This document shows positions 12,363 to 24,700 of a stretch of 64,000 nt of DNA, piece by piece. Source of the DNA: Fimbriosthenelais zetlandica. Its lineage: Eukaryota. Below the pieces are notes generated by a model that made no database searches, had not been told where the DNA came from, and saw nothing but the letters and a program-made list of their open reading frames with translations. Both the position numbers and the translations under genes were made by a program. The stretch covers positions 40,610,001 to 40,674,000 of the forward strand of contig OZ365110.1 in the NCBI GenBank assembly GCA_977030845.1, given 5' to 3'. How positions within the stretch are numbered: the stretch's first letter is position 1; the number at the start of each line of letters is the position of its first letter.

Positions 12363-15300
12363 TCTACTCTATCTGCTCCTGACTTGGGCTGGACCGTGCA
12401 TCGATCGTTCGGAATGCTTGGCATCTCTAATCAAGAACCAATAAATGCTTCCTGAGCTGATGACCTAGCATGCAGCGGAAATGTAGACTTAATGACTTAA
12501 TATTGTTTTGTACTCATTAAAACTATGGACTGCGTTGCATCTCAAATGTGATGACAACCTGGTACTCAAGGGCGTTGGAATACTGCTGTATATTAACATC
12601 TGTATTACTTTTATGCAATACATTTCAATATCTGTTGAAACGGAGAATATCTTGAATATAGGCTAATGAAAAAAGATACCTGAGATTGGGATTTATCATT
12701 CATGATCGAATCAAGCGAATCCTTACATTATCGTATCGGATATAGATGTATATGAATCTTTGCCTATTTACATTATATAATAGGAGACGTGAACTATTTT
12801 ACATGCACTCGAATCCTGTGTCATTTACCACTCGGTGATTTACTTTCCACATATTTGGTGATGTTCTTTATTTAATCACCATCAATTTACTATACCTAGG
12901 CCACATCATTTCTGGATCCTTCAGTACTCCCTGCACTCCATGGAGCCGATATATATGCTATTCCCATCAGGTATAAGGCGACCTATATGGCCAGACATGA
13001 TAGTCACTTTGCAATGAAGCACCTTATATGTCAGCCAACCAGTTACACGAGGCACTTGCCCAAATGTATGGAAGTCATACAACGTCCCTCACTCCTCAGG
13101 GAAGACACTTCCTAAGCCTTCAGTGAAGCCATACGTTGTCTGATGGACTGCCATATGACAGAATAGGTGATTGCCAAAATCTGAAAGTCGCGACTTTTTA
13201 GCGTAATTGGACAGGATGCCTACGCCTCGTGCCTGGAACCGCTGCAAAATTTGGTCAGACCCTCAGACGATGTTTCTCTCTTATATTCCCTGGATCCAGT
13301 TGCACTTGTAGTTTCTTGGAAGTGTGTATTAAATATTTATCAAATTTGCTATCACCTTCATATGAGGTGCCATATGCTATCTTGAGGTAGGTGAAGAAAC
13401 CTGATCTATGATGAAGAAGGCTAGGTACATTTTAGTTTCCAGAGAGTATACAAACATCGACCAATATGGTACATATACACAATTTATGGAGCCAGAACGA
13501 GCACATTAGTTTGATGGAATGGCACCCTTGTGAGACTGTAGGCCCAACTTTCTCCCACAAACTCCATGGAAGGCCTTAGTCGGGAAGAGTTTGGAGGAGA
13601 TCAAATTATATATACAAAGGCCAGGTTCTGGCTGGGTTCTCTTTCTCCTGCCTTATATCTAACGTACTTGGTCAGGTTCTGATCAATTTAACGTCATTCC
13701 ATTGTTATGTCTTTGATAAAAGTTTATAACCTAATAGAAAATGCTTCCCATATCATAGTAGAAAGCTCTCTTCTTTATGATCATGTCCTAGAAATTGTGT
13801 CTCACATTTATGATGTAATAGTAGAAAGGTAACCTTTGGTGTGATTACACTTTGGTAACCTCCCACTGGTTTTCATTAAAGCACACCTCATAGCTGTGAC
13901 AGGTACACTGTGTACGATTCCATATTGGAAATCTCTCACCTTGACAGTTAAATGGGAGGTTGGGGGGAAGGAGGAGGAGGATAGGGAATGGTGGGTGAAA
14001 ATAGTCTTGTACTGCCAGTCAGCAGGCTCGCATGCGAGTAGCAGCTGCTAGCGGGCCCTTACATTATGGGTGAGTAAATAGACAAGATGTGAACAAACAT
14101 TGTGAGATCACTCAGCCATCCTTTCCTTCCACGTTTTGGTACGTGTTACCAGGACTGGGCAGACGGCCTTAGTTATGGACCCAGCACAGATTGCTCTAAC
14201 TACTTTTTGCCAGCATTTCACCTGCCGGACTTCTCTATAGGAGAAGGCCACGGTGTTTACCGTCAAGTCAACCACATTGATCCTCCTTCCCTCTGGCTGC
14301 CTCCACAAACCTATAGATCTCAGGTGTTGGGAGCTTCCAACAGGTGGTAAACTTGATCACAAGAGCAACTCTGGTGTCAGTGCATTTGCATGGAATGTGC
14401 CACCGGGTCTGTCCAAGTGTATAAGGGGACTCAGATGGTTGCAAGTAGAACCCCCCATGCATGTGCTAATGTATTGATTGGGCTGGTCAGATAGAGAGGC
14501 TATGGTTTTTCAGTGCAGTTTGAATGAAGGCGGGCGTTATACTGCCTCAGAGGGTCACTGGCTGACGAGGCTGGAAACTGCCGAAGCATGTGGCTTCTGG
14601 CAGCCATTAAAAAGGTGGCGAAATGCACTAACATGAAATGACTATCATCTTCTCAGGTTATAGGTACTTAAACATGACCACATGCGTTCCCCCAATCATC
14701 TTCATGCACCCATAGACCCCTAACCCATGAGACTATTTGCCTCATGCAATTGAGGGTGATGGAAATTCACAATCATGCATCGATATGAATTTCATGCCTC
14801 AAATGAATTTCATGCTTGAGGCTAACTCAACGTGCGTAACAAAAATGATTTTTAATAACTTGTATAACTACTATGAGACTATTTATTCATTCATTTTTAT
14901 AACTAAACATTAACTCTGGTGATTGTTGGTTAATGTTCTATGACATTAACACAGTGCACAACATAGAACCTTGAAGCCATAATGATGATAAATCAACTCC
15001 TGTATAATCAGATGTGACTGGACATTAACTATTAATCATCTTGCCCTATTCCTCGGGTTAGACCTTTAAGGTATCATTCTTGCATTATGAGGTCAGTGAC
15101 CTTCGTTAAACTGCACATTTAAGAGGGATCTAAACGGCCATTCTTTCTCTGAGAATACTTGATGGATTCACCGAACTAGTCCAAGCCTTTCTAGTCACTT
15201 TTTGAGCAAATCCAACTAATTCAAACTAATTCTTTGTTTTTTTTATCCCTTATAGCTCCCACTTATTGCTCCTTTCATCTCTGTTCTCTTTCATGTACAT

Positions 15301-17554
15301 ATGATACCATTTAGCTTGACAGTATATTTTGTTGTTGATAGATGCCCGCCAGTCACAGAGAGCCAGATATGGCGTGCATTGCCTGTGTTTCCGAACACTG
15401 TATCAAGCATAGCACAAAGTGACAGCACCTGGAAGGAGAGTTTCCTGCGTGGCCCTGGGTACCAAATACACCATTGTTATTAGTGTCTATGAGATAGACC
15501 CTGGAGGTGATGGGGGAAGCTTTCCCCGCCTGACTGCAGGGTCAGTGTCCCCCTGTACATGGGCAAATGTCCCACACTTCTCTTTGAAGTATTCCTATAA
15601 TGATGTAAACTAACTGGAGGGCTGGAGGGCATGCATGGTGATGATGCGGCGGCCATTTTGGTGTTTGGCTTAAAACTGAGGCTCTTCCTACCAAAATGCG
15701 GCCGTGTAAAATCTAATGATGAAATATGTATAATATGTGGGAGAAAGCCTCCGGAGGGATCCACTATTAACATGTTTGCCTGCGAAGTATATAGGGCTGG
15801 TAGAGGGCTGTCTGGACTCCATGGCGGCCACATTACATTGCCCTTGTCCACTTTAATTTCGTCTCAGTGGTATTGTCTCCCTTGGGCTGGATGTCATTGC
15901 ACCGATGAAGAGCATAGCAAATTAGCAGACCCATAAGTCATGAGCATCTAACCTCTCTATCTACTCTTACTGGACAAAGGTTCATTTCCCTATTGCCCAA
16001 CTGACCACTCCCTATCATAATAGGATGGAGGTATCCTTCTGGTTTCCAATGACCAGTCCCTCTATGTCTACCTATACCCTATCTAAGTAAATAGGAGCTC
16101 ATGTATATTGATAATCAATAATCTCTGCATCTTCATCTTCAGTGCATTAGGTACCATGGTCTTGGTTGTCTTTGTCGGGTCGAAGCTGAGACGCTAATGT
16201 ATCCAATGTAAGCCCTAGATGATTGTATCCGGGACTTCTACCCCGAGCAATTAGTTAATTATTCAGGTAGAGATGAATAGTCCGGCTCATTACGGTCATT
16301 TATTGATTTGATTCTCTCGAACTACATTCCTAAAATCGTCGCCTCTTCACTTATCTCCTACGTAATTGTCTCCTTTGACATTTTGAAGGTTCGGCTCTCC
16401 CTGATTTTCCGAGAGAAAAAAAACATACTGTAGTCATTGAAAAGCTGTAAGTACAACCAGACATAGAGACTTTGGGGAGGTCTATGGAGGACTTCATTTA
16501 AAGATTGCAGACAAACAGAGGTTTTTGTAAGGTATGTTGATGTGTTTATTTACTTCCTGATTGAGGGAATTAGGTTGTACTCAAATGATGAGAGGGAAAA
16601 CCCAATCAAACATTGACCTTTAGCAAATTCTCCAGGTTGTTGTGGGAGACCGTACAAGAATAGCAAGTCCCAGCAGCCTCTGCCATGTAGTAGCTCCAAG
16701 TTGGAGATTCACAATCAGGTTTTTCTCGCCATAAATTGCTGATAAGTGCCACAATAAATTCATCGGGGCACCTTACATTCCCAACTCCGCCCAACGCACG
16801 AGTAATGGCCAACGGCTGTTGAATTTTTTCCTGATTAGTTCTTCCACGCACAAACATTACTCTTGTATTGCCTGTCATGCTTTTGCATGTGCACAAGTAG
16901 ATTACATGAAACCAATTTCTCCCATCGTTTGAGCAGTGGCCACCAGGCTTCTTTTCTGTGTGCTTATCCAACCCAAGTTGTCATTCGCACACAGTGCTGA
17001 TTTGTTTCTCTGGCGCTGTGCATCCATTTTTATTTTTTTTCTTTGAAAAGAAAGGCACTGCTCTTAGTAGAACTGCATTGGTATTGTATTGGGCCGGGAG
17101 TGGCTAACCGAAGGCATTCCTTTACAGGGCCCATGGGAGTTGAGGCGGCCAGAAAGGTGTTTATTCCTTAATGGTTTTGTCTGAAGAGCGCTTGGTAAGT
17201 TGGTGATATAGGTGTTTTGGGGGCACTAGAGATCCCACTACCAGTATCGCCTCGTTCAACATTTCACCCGTAAGCTGATGAATGAATTATAAAGCTGAGA
17301 TAACGGCAGACATCATGAATATGACTCATTACATCCAATTAATAAGTCATTGAAGTCTTCCTTCAATTTAAATACCTCACTCTATCTTTTACCATTGATT
17401 TACTACGCCTCGGGACAATCGTCCCTAAGGGCGATGAAGTTACAGAAACCATGCTTCCATAATTACACTCCAGATCTATACTTATTTTTTGATTAAATAA
17501 AAGACATATTTCCTGCTCTCTTTTGATGTTTAAGCTCGTATTTAATAATAGTGA

Positions 17555-17827
17555 TCTCACTCGCTCTCCCTTTCTCTCCCTCCCGCTCTCTGTATATCTC
17601 GCTTGCTCGTTCGCTTTCTCTCTCTCCCTCCCTCCCTCCCTCCCTCCCTCCCTCCCTCCCTCCCTCTCTCCCTCCCATTCTATCTGGCTTGCTCGCCTTC
17701 TCGATATCCTATACTCTCCCTCAGAGTCTCCCATTCCCTATCACTCTCTGTCTCCCCTTCCCACTGAGTCACTCTTCGTGTCTCCCTCCACTCTCTCTGT
17801 CTCTTTCTTTCTCTCTCTCTGTCTCTT

Positions 17828-17885
<58 letters not shown>

Positions 17886-17890
17886 GCTGT
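17555..17890. repeat. Compound microsatellite and polypyrimidine tract: (CCCT)n and (CT)n
   Basis: (CCCT)n at about 17625-17665 and an uninterrupted (CT)n at about 17832-17880 inside a long C/T-rich block. It explains the overlapping ORFs 17363-17960. Confidence 0.97.
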
Positions 17891-20800
17891 CTCTGTACAT
17901 GTCATATATGCATATATCATAGTAATTCTCCTCACATACATTTATTCAAATGATCATTAATTCACACACATACCTATTGTTTCTAAATGCTTTTACGTGT
18001 ATAGGTACAGATTTTTGCTTATCAATGCATTCCTTACTATAGCATTATGTGAATTGGGGGAAATGAGTGTATACGTAAGCACTGAGTTGAGTACTATGCA
18101 GGCCTATTATGACATGAAGGTAAATGATTACCATTGTAATGCTGGGACTCATCATTCCAATACTATACAAAGGACGAGGGTTGGGTACATCCACTAGGGT
18201 ATTGAAGGTCTATGGTCTTGGATGATGGAAGCATTGCCAGTACCATTCTCCAGGCACCATATCTATACCATTTCCCCCAATTAGGTGCATAATTGAATAA
18301 CTCGGACTGTGTCTCACTTTGTTTGCCCTGCCTTATTATACATGCTATAATCGTCTTGGCATTGGGTTTGGGTTCTCCCAGAGTTTGTGCTATACTGTCC
18401 TAAGTACCCAGCATAATGTTGACACTCATTTGCTGCTGAGATTTTTTCACGTAACTTGCCCTCTGCCGATGGCAGGCTTCTTGTAAAAGAAATGAACAGT
18501 ATAACAAATTTTCTTTTCCATCTGATTTTCTCTGGTCTCGTTGTTACCGAAACAATTCTGAGGTGAATTCAATTGGGTTTTATGGATGGCTAATTTATAT
18601 TCATTTTTCTCTCAGGCATTTACATGTTGAGCTCGATAACCATCAGGAGAGGTTTCGGGTTTAGGACCGCGCATGTTTTGCTGCTGCTCACCCCACTATT
18701 GCCAGAGCATCAGCAAAAGATATAAATTCTTTTTTAATAACAAAAAGTGGAACAGATGTGTTTATTGCTTGGTTGAGCCTTCCTGTATGGTGCTGGACAC
18801 TCCCAAAAAGTACCATGCAGCGTCCACTGGACATAAAGAAGCTCTCGAACATTGATGAACTTTCTCGAGTTCTTGGCAAACAATGGATATTACTGCGGGT
18901 TTCAAGAATCGGTTCTGTTTCTGTTTTAACAAACTTGTCAGACAATCATTGCAGGAGTTCTTGTTACAATACATGTGTATCAGGAATGAGCTTTAGGGGC
19001 TGTTTCTTTTGAGTCAACTCACGAGTGCATATAGGTCTAACATTCACATTGACTTTTGCACTAAAAGTCTCTATCCACGTTGCATTATACTGGGCTTGTA
19101 TACGTGCGTATAGCTCAATGCTATGAGAAGCATTTAACTATATCGAACGCCATTCTGCACTAAAAAACGAAAGTTTAACTAATTGGGCTAAAATTCTGAT
19201 TTTATTGTTTTGCGAACTAAAAAACAGGATAATAGGGATAGCTACTCACTCAGTCTCTGTACGTGTCATTGGCCTAATCCTGGAAACACTGTACCCATTA
19301 ATGGCGACCACCAGTGGTGAAATACGAATCGACGTGCAACATTAAACCTGTCCTTCCTGAAACCCTAGTTATATTGGCAGTATGGAATTTAAGGTATTTA
19401 GGAGGCCCTGAAATACGACCCATTGGTCTCCATTTATATATAATAGCTTCTCAGCATGATTATGTGCCAGAAATGATTTGTCCCCATTTACTATTGGTAC
19501 TAGCAGATGTGCCTGTTCATTGAACCTGTTTTGTATGTCCCTGGGATGTCACAGACCAATTTGTGTAACCCTCCCTCGGGGAGTTTTGTTTGGGGAGCTT
19601 GGGTCATAATGACACCCTCGGGAACATGAGCGCAATTCGTGCTCCCAAATTCCTCGCAATTCTAGGGAACACCTTGATTTTTTCATGAATTTATCATTAT
19701 TCATACATGAAGGCATGTATGGGCTGGCTTTAACGAGAAGTATATGCACTATTATACAAAAAATACAAAGGGCGACACTGAAGTCAGGTTAATGTCCTTT
19801 CATTAAGTTTGAATTACATCATTAAGAAACCAATACTTAAAGATTTTGTAAATATATATAATTAGATAAAATTGATTAATGTTGCCCGGCATTTGACAAC
19901 CATGTTAAAGTATTGCCTATTGGTCATTGAAGTCCATGTAGCTTTCTAGTAGAATTGTCATCCGCAAAGTTGCTACTTGATATATCTACTGAAACCTAAT
20001 TCTCATTTTTGTTCAGAATTGAAATTTGAGGATGGAGAGAGAGGCATGGTGAGAGGAAGAGCCACCGTGGTGAACCTCTGCGCCACAGATTGTGCCTAGA
20101 GAAGCCTAGAATGTTTTGGTAGAGAACATTGCCTTCTCTACCACAGGATCTTGTAGAATCTCAATGTCCATTCGATGTTTATAGTCCTATTTCAAACATC
20201 CAGGAATTGTAAACTTAAGGGTTGATTTTTATTTAAAAATTTAATTAAAGGTTTAATCATTTTTATGTTCGGCTCACGTGACCCGAGTTCGAAATACACA
20301 TCGCATTTCTCACCGAATCTCGGATTCTGATATCCTTACTCATATTGTGAATTGCCACGTTTTGATATTTCAATCATAGGCCCCCTACTATTTATTGCTT
20401 CCATTATGCTTCTACGATGTCAAATATTAAAAGCCTTAGTCATGTGAAAGTGACATGATAGGCATGATTATGGTTAAATTGAAAGTTTTAACTTTTTTAC
20501 AAATTTAATCAGGGGAATGTACTGAAATGTATTCAATTCAGTGGAAACAACTATCTGATAGTAATATTACATAAAATCTGTGTGTGGGATGCTTTGACCA
20601 AAATATCAGAGTCAGATTCTTGCCTCCGATTGATTTCCTTTGCATTGATATTTACGTATTAGTATGTACCTCTCTATGTAAGTAGTATATGAATTTTGAA
20701 TGCCAATGATGCCGAACTAATAAGGCCGTGGCAATGTCTAACAAATACAAATGCTCAAAAGTCTTTTAGTTGAGTTCCTAGACACCAGGACTTCGGCACA

Positions 20801-21499
20801 GATGATGAGACCCAGGTGCGCATGTGCACTGGCTACTTTTGGGTTTATTTTGTGTGCCTGGAATTCCCTCACAACCCTCTTCCTTACCCATGCATTCTGA
20901 AGAGAATTATTATTTGATTGACCCATGCATGCATTATTTATTAATAGCTATTCTTGCCCCATTTCTGTCGAATTCTCTGTCCTTTTGAACTGCTCAACCG
21001 CCATATAGACTTCATGAACTGTCAACAGTTTCATGAAGATCATGCATTATCTTTCAAGTTATTTTTTTTCAAAAACTGTTTCAATGACTTAGAGAATACA
21101 ACAAGAAAAGACAACCTACCATACAGTCTCATACTTACTCCCAATTAAACACTACTTCTGTCGGGTCAAGATTTTTTTAAAAAGATTATTTCGTATAATT
21201 GTCATGACAGATTGTGTTCTTGCATCTTAAAGTTGTTTAAGATGACTGTATTGTTTCAGCCTTCATTCTGCGGGTTGATTTGATTGCAATTTGAATCTGT
21301 GCGCCCGTGAAAGAAGGGTCTGTTATGCAATACAATTTACGAAAGGAATTATCTGACAGGGGGAAAAAGCTCGTGTTTCCATAAAAAGGATATCTTTGTT
21401 GGAAAATGGGGCAAAAATCAGTCCTCCAGAGAGGAATAATGAAACTTTTGAGACATTAGGAAAATGGAGGAATAATATTATTGTGTTGTTTCCTGTGTT

Positions 21500-21790
21500 T
21501 TGCCTCCCTATTGCTGGTATCTTACAGTCATCGAACCATTTATCCACTTTGAGGACGTGTGGGCGTTACCTCTGGATTACCTCAGCTTCTTTATTGTCTA
21601 ATTGTTACAGGTGTTTAATGTCTTCCCAGGAAATGAAATATCCATTTCATCCGGTATTCTTTACCTTGAACTCAACCGTCGACGTGTAGGTCATGGTGAA
21701 CCCGTTAATCCGTTGATGCTATAGTCGAACTTTCACAAACATTATGTCTTAACTCATTGTATAAGACTGCCTTATTGAGCATTTTGTATC
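21500..21790 (-). mobile_element. Decayed P-element/THAP9-like DNA transposase fragment
   Basis: A minus frame reads G*NGYFISWEDIKHL*QLDNKEAEVIQR*RPHVLKVDKW (core 21596-21649), matching the P-superfamily motif WNGxxIxWxHIxxLYxxD. The two core stops (TGA, TAA) are each one substitution from the expected W and Y. Upstream, in another frame, ELRHNVCESS (21728-21755) resembles the HLxKxxRNN motif. Confidence 0.5.
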
Positions 21791-24700
21791 TAAAATTTCC
21801 ACTCCTGCTTTTTCCTGGGGGAAAAATCAAATGTCCTAAAAAAGAATTCCTCCTAAAAACATGCAAAGACAATACACGAATTGGGTGCAAAAAATACATT
21901 ACACGAATAAGTGATATTTTTCTTTTCATTTGTCATGTTGCATCAATTCACAACTTTTCCGATGGAATAGGTTAGTTAATATTCACAGTTTTTCCCGTTT
22001 TACACATTTTTTTAATATAAACTTTAATGCATCAGATGATACAAAACACAAGAGTTCTTCTGTTTTACTCGGCTCCTTTTTGGCTCCAATCTCGGCCATT
22101 GAAATCACGTAATACTTCAATTTCCTATAAAAAACAGAAGGCGATTCATTTTTATCTCCTCGCAGCTTGCATGTTGATCTGCAACTCTGAAATGCTCGTA
22201 GGACCCTTGATAAAGTGCACCTGAACAGTTTGGGCTCTTTCATATTTTTTACTTCATATGGGAATCGCATGTGTTCATTCATCAGAGAACCCTCATCGGA
22301 TATTGTTATCCTCAGGGAATAGCCATTTGAAGCCCTGCCCTTTTTACAAAGCTAAACCTTTGTCCAGATTGCATCCTCCATTCAATTGACCTTTGTCTGT
22401 GTGATGGGGCAGTTTGTCCATCCACCTGAGCAATAATTGTGTGTTCCACTTATATATATATGCTTCAGTGGAATAAGGACGCTGGACATGGTCAACAGGG
22501 ATGTCTTAGCAATGATGCAGTCCGAGTCATGACTGTATTGGCACAGGACGGCCTAGTTTAGTGTGCCCCCCTGAGAGCTAGGCATGCTACTCCTCTAGGC
22601 CATGTTGATCTTCCCATATTCATTGCCTTCTGGATCTGCGAACCAAGGTCGGGAGCACTTGGATGGTGGATCCACCGCGTCAGTGTCTACTGCATGTTTT
22701 TCTCCCTATGATGACAGACCTGTCCTCTGTTCTTGTCCCACGAGTAATTTTGGTCCTTTATGTATGTTAGTGTTCGCCTCATTACAAGATGGCACATGAC
22801 AAGCCAAGCCCCACGGCCCCGCGGGACCAATGACCATTGTCCAGTGTATTGTCGTCCACTGACTGCTGTAGCTCTATTTCCACCTTGGTGTCATGGTCAT
22901 TTCACCAAATGTGGATAGTACGCCGAACTACCACTGTATGTGAAAGTGCATGTGGAATTAGGTCTACTCCAGAAATACTAAACCCACCATCGATTTCTCA
23001 TTGGTACAATTCTTACATATTCGCAGAGTATATTATCTGTTCTAATTAGAGTTTTTTTAACCATTAACACACCACACGAATATTTTTACATCGTTAGAAG
23101 AAATATGCCAAAATTTCGCTTGATGCAAGGCAATAAGTTTATGTTATTGCTTATGGCGATATCCATATCCATAAAGTTGATCTATAACAAAACTTTTTCT
23201 CTCATGTTATCGCTTAAGTTTTCAGCTTAGTCGAGTCACTAGATAAGTATAGAATTCAAGATAAAATGGGGTGGTATATGTGACTGCCCTTTGTGTTATC
23301 CGTTATGCTTTAGTGAGTCTCTTGTAGAAACATATCGTGGCTTTGACTTTGTAGTCCATTTTGAGGAGCGATTGAATGCGGGATGCAGGCAGATGTGCCC
23401 TACTAGATCACACGTTATGTATCCTCCATCTCTCGGCCTCCCAGTATCAATATCTCCATTCTGGGTCCTCTCTGATTTTGACTTCAGAGCTCCTTTTTGA
23501 ACACAAAGTAATCTAGATCAGTTAAAATTTTAAAGTACTTTGTCTCTGACATGATTGATGAGGGTGTTTTTGAGACTTTTACACGGTTGTGTATACGCAA
23601 GCATTCTTACTTTTTCCAATTTGGAAATAATAATGAAACGTGACGGCATTTACGACATTTCAATCAAACATCTGGCATTACGTCTGTGCCGTAAGGGAAA
23701 TGGGTTAATTGAGGAGGATAGATCTCTATCCCGAGCTATTAAAACTTTTCTTAAACGTCAACCTCGAATTATGGAAGCGAAAGTAAATTTCAGTTGTGGA
23801 GAACTACATAAGGGAAATATATCATTTAGCCTGACAGCCTGTAATATTGTCGCTGTTCGTGAGATGATGTATTTTATTTCAAGTACTACCCATACTCCAC
23901 TGGTGCGACATGCAACAAAGTCACAAGTAAATCTGACCAGCGGAGGACGGCTTTTACGCATTGATACCTTCAGTTCACTCTACAACCTATAACTATTACA
24001 GCTCTCTTTATGCCTGGAACACACTGTGAACGCTTCCGGTCTCTTGTCACGCGACTTCAGAAAAAAACGCGAGCAATCAAGTGCCTAATTAAATTTTCTA
24101 ATCGATTCGCAGAGGATATGTATTTGTATGATTTAGGTGCGCACTCTCTTGGCATAACGGTTCACAAATAGAATGACCAAGACAATTGCTTCTATTACCC
24201 AAATTATATAGAATTTTCTATTATATAGAAAAAGTCGCCTGTGCCAGTGTGTCGTTCCAGTGGAGGAGTGTCATAAGTGGTGTATGAGATGGAGGGGCAG
24301 AGAGCCTCCCAGGCTCTGGAGTGTACTTGTTGCTCTCGGGAGGCTCGCCTGAACGTCTATTCATTATCCATAGATTACTTAGGGATGTCTTTTCCCTTCC
24401 CTAATCAAGGTACCTACTCTGATGAGCTTATGATCTCCTGGTACAAATTGTTTTATATTGCATCTGCGCTACATGTCCCATGCTGGAATGGTACTTTTTT
24501 GTATGTCCTACATTTCGGATTGTGTATAGGATGTTGCTTCACAATTAAGGTTTTTTTTTTATTGGGCTTGTTTCATTAAAAATGCGTTAAGTATTTCCCA
24601 ATAGGGATACGTGATTGGGTAATGTCGCACATTCCCCTTAGTAAAACACTGCATAATTCATTCATGGCATGGTTTAATATTTAGCAGATGTCTCCCATTT

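Noticed and set aside
14108-14462. Possible DIRS RNase H relic (PELLL*SS...GLWRQPEGRRINVVDL)
   Set aside because: Only loosely similar to the TDASxxGWG...HINxLEL pattern. The catalytic TDAS and the following DN motif are absent.
17363-17960. Several ORFs of more than 120 aa
   Set aside because: They are translations of (CT)n/(CCCT)n microsatellites (SLSL, ERER, GGRE repeats).
18688-19120. Long minus frame with two stops, possible CR1/L2 reverse transcriptase C-terminus (EPILE, ELEKVHQ)
   Set aside because: The similarity rests on a few residues across a frameshift and cannot be supported without a profile search.
23555-23992. 145-aa ORF, the longest non-repeat ORF
   Set aside because: No recognisable domain, no convincing splice boundaries, and composition like background.
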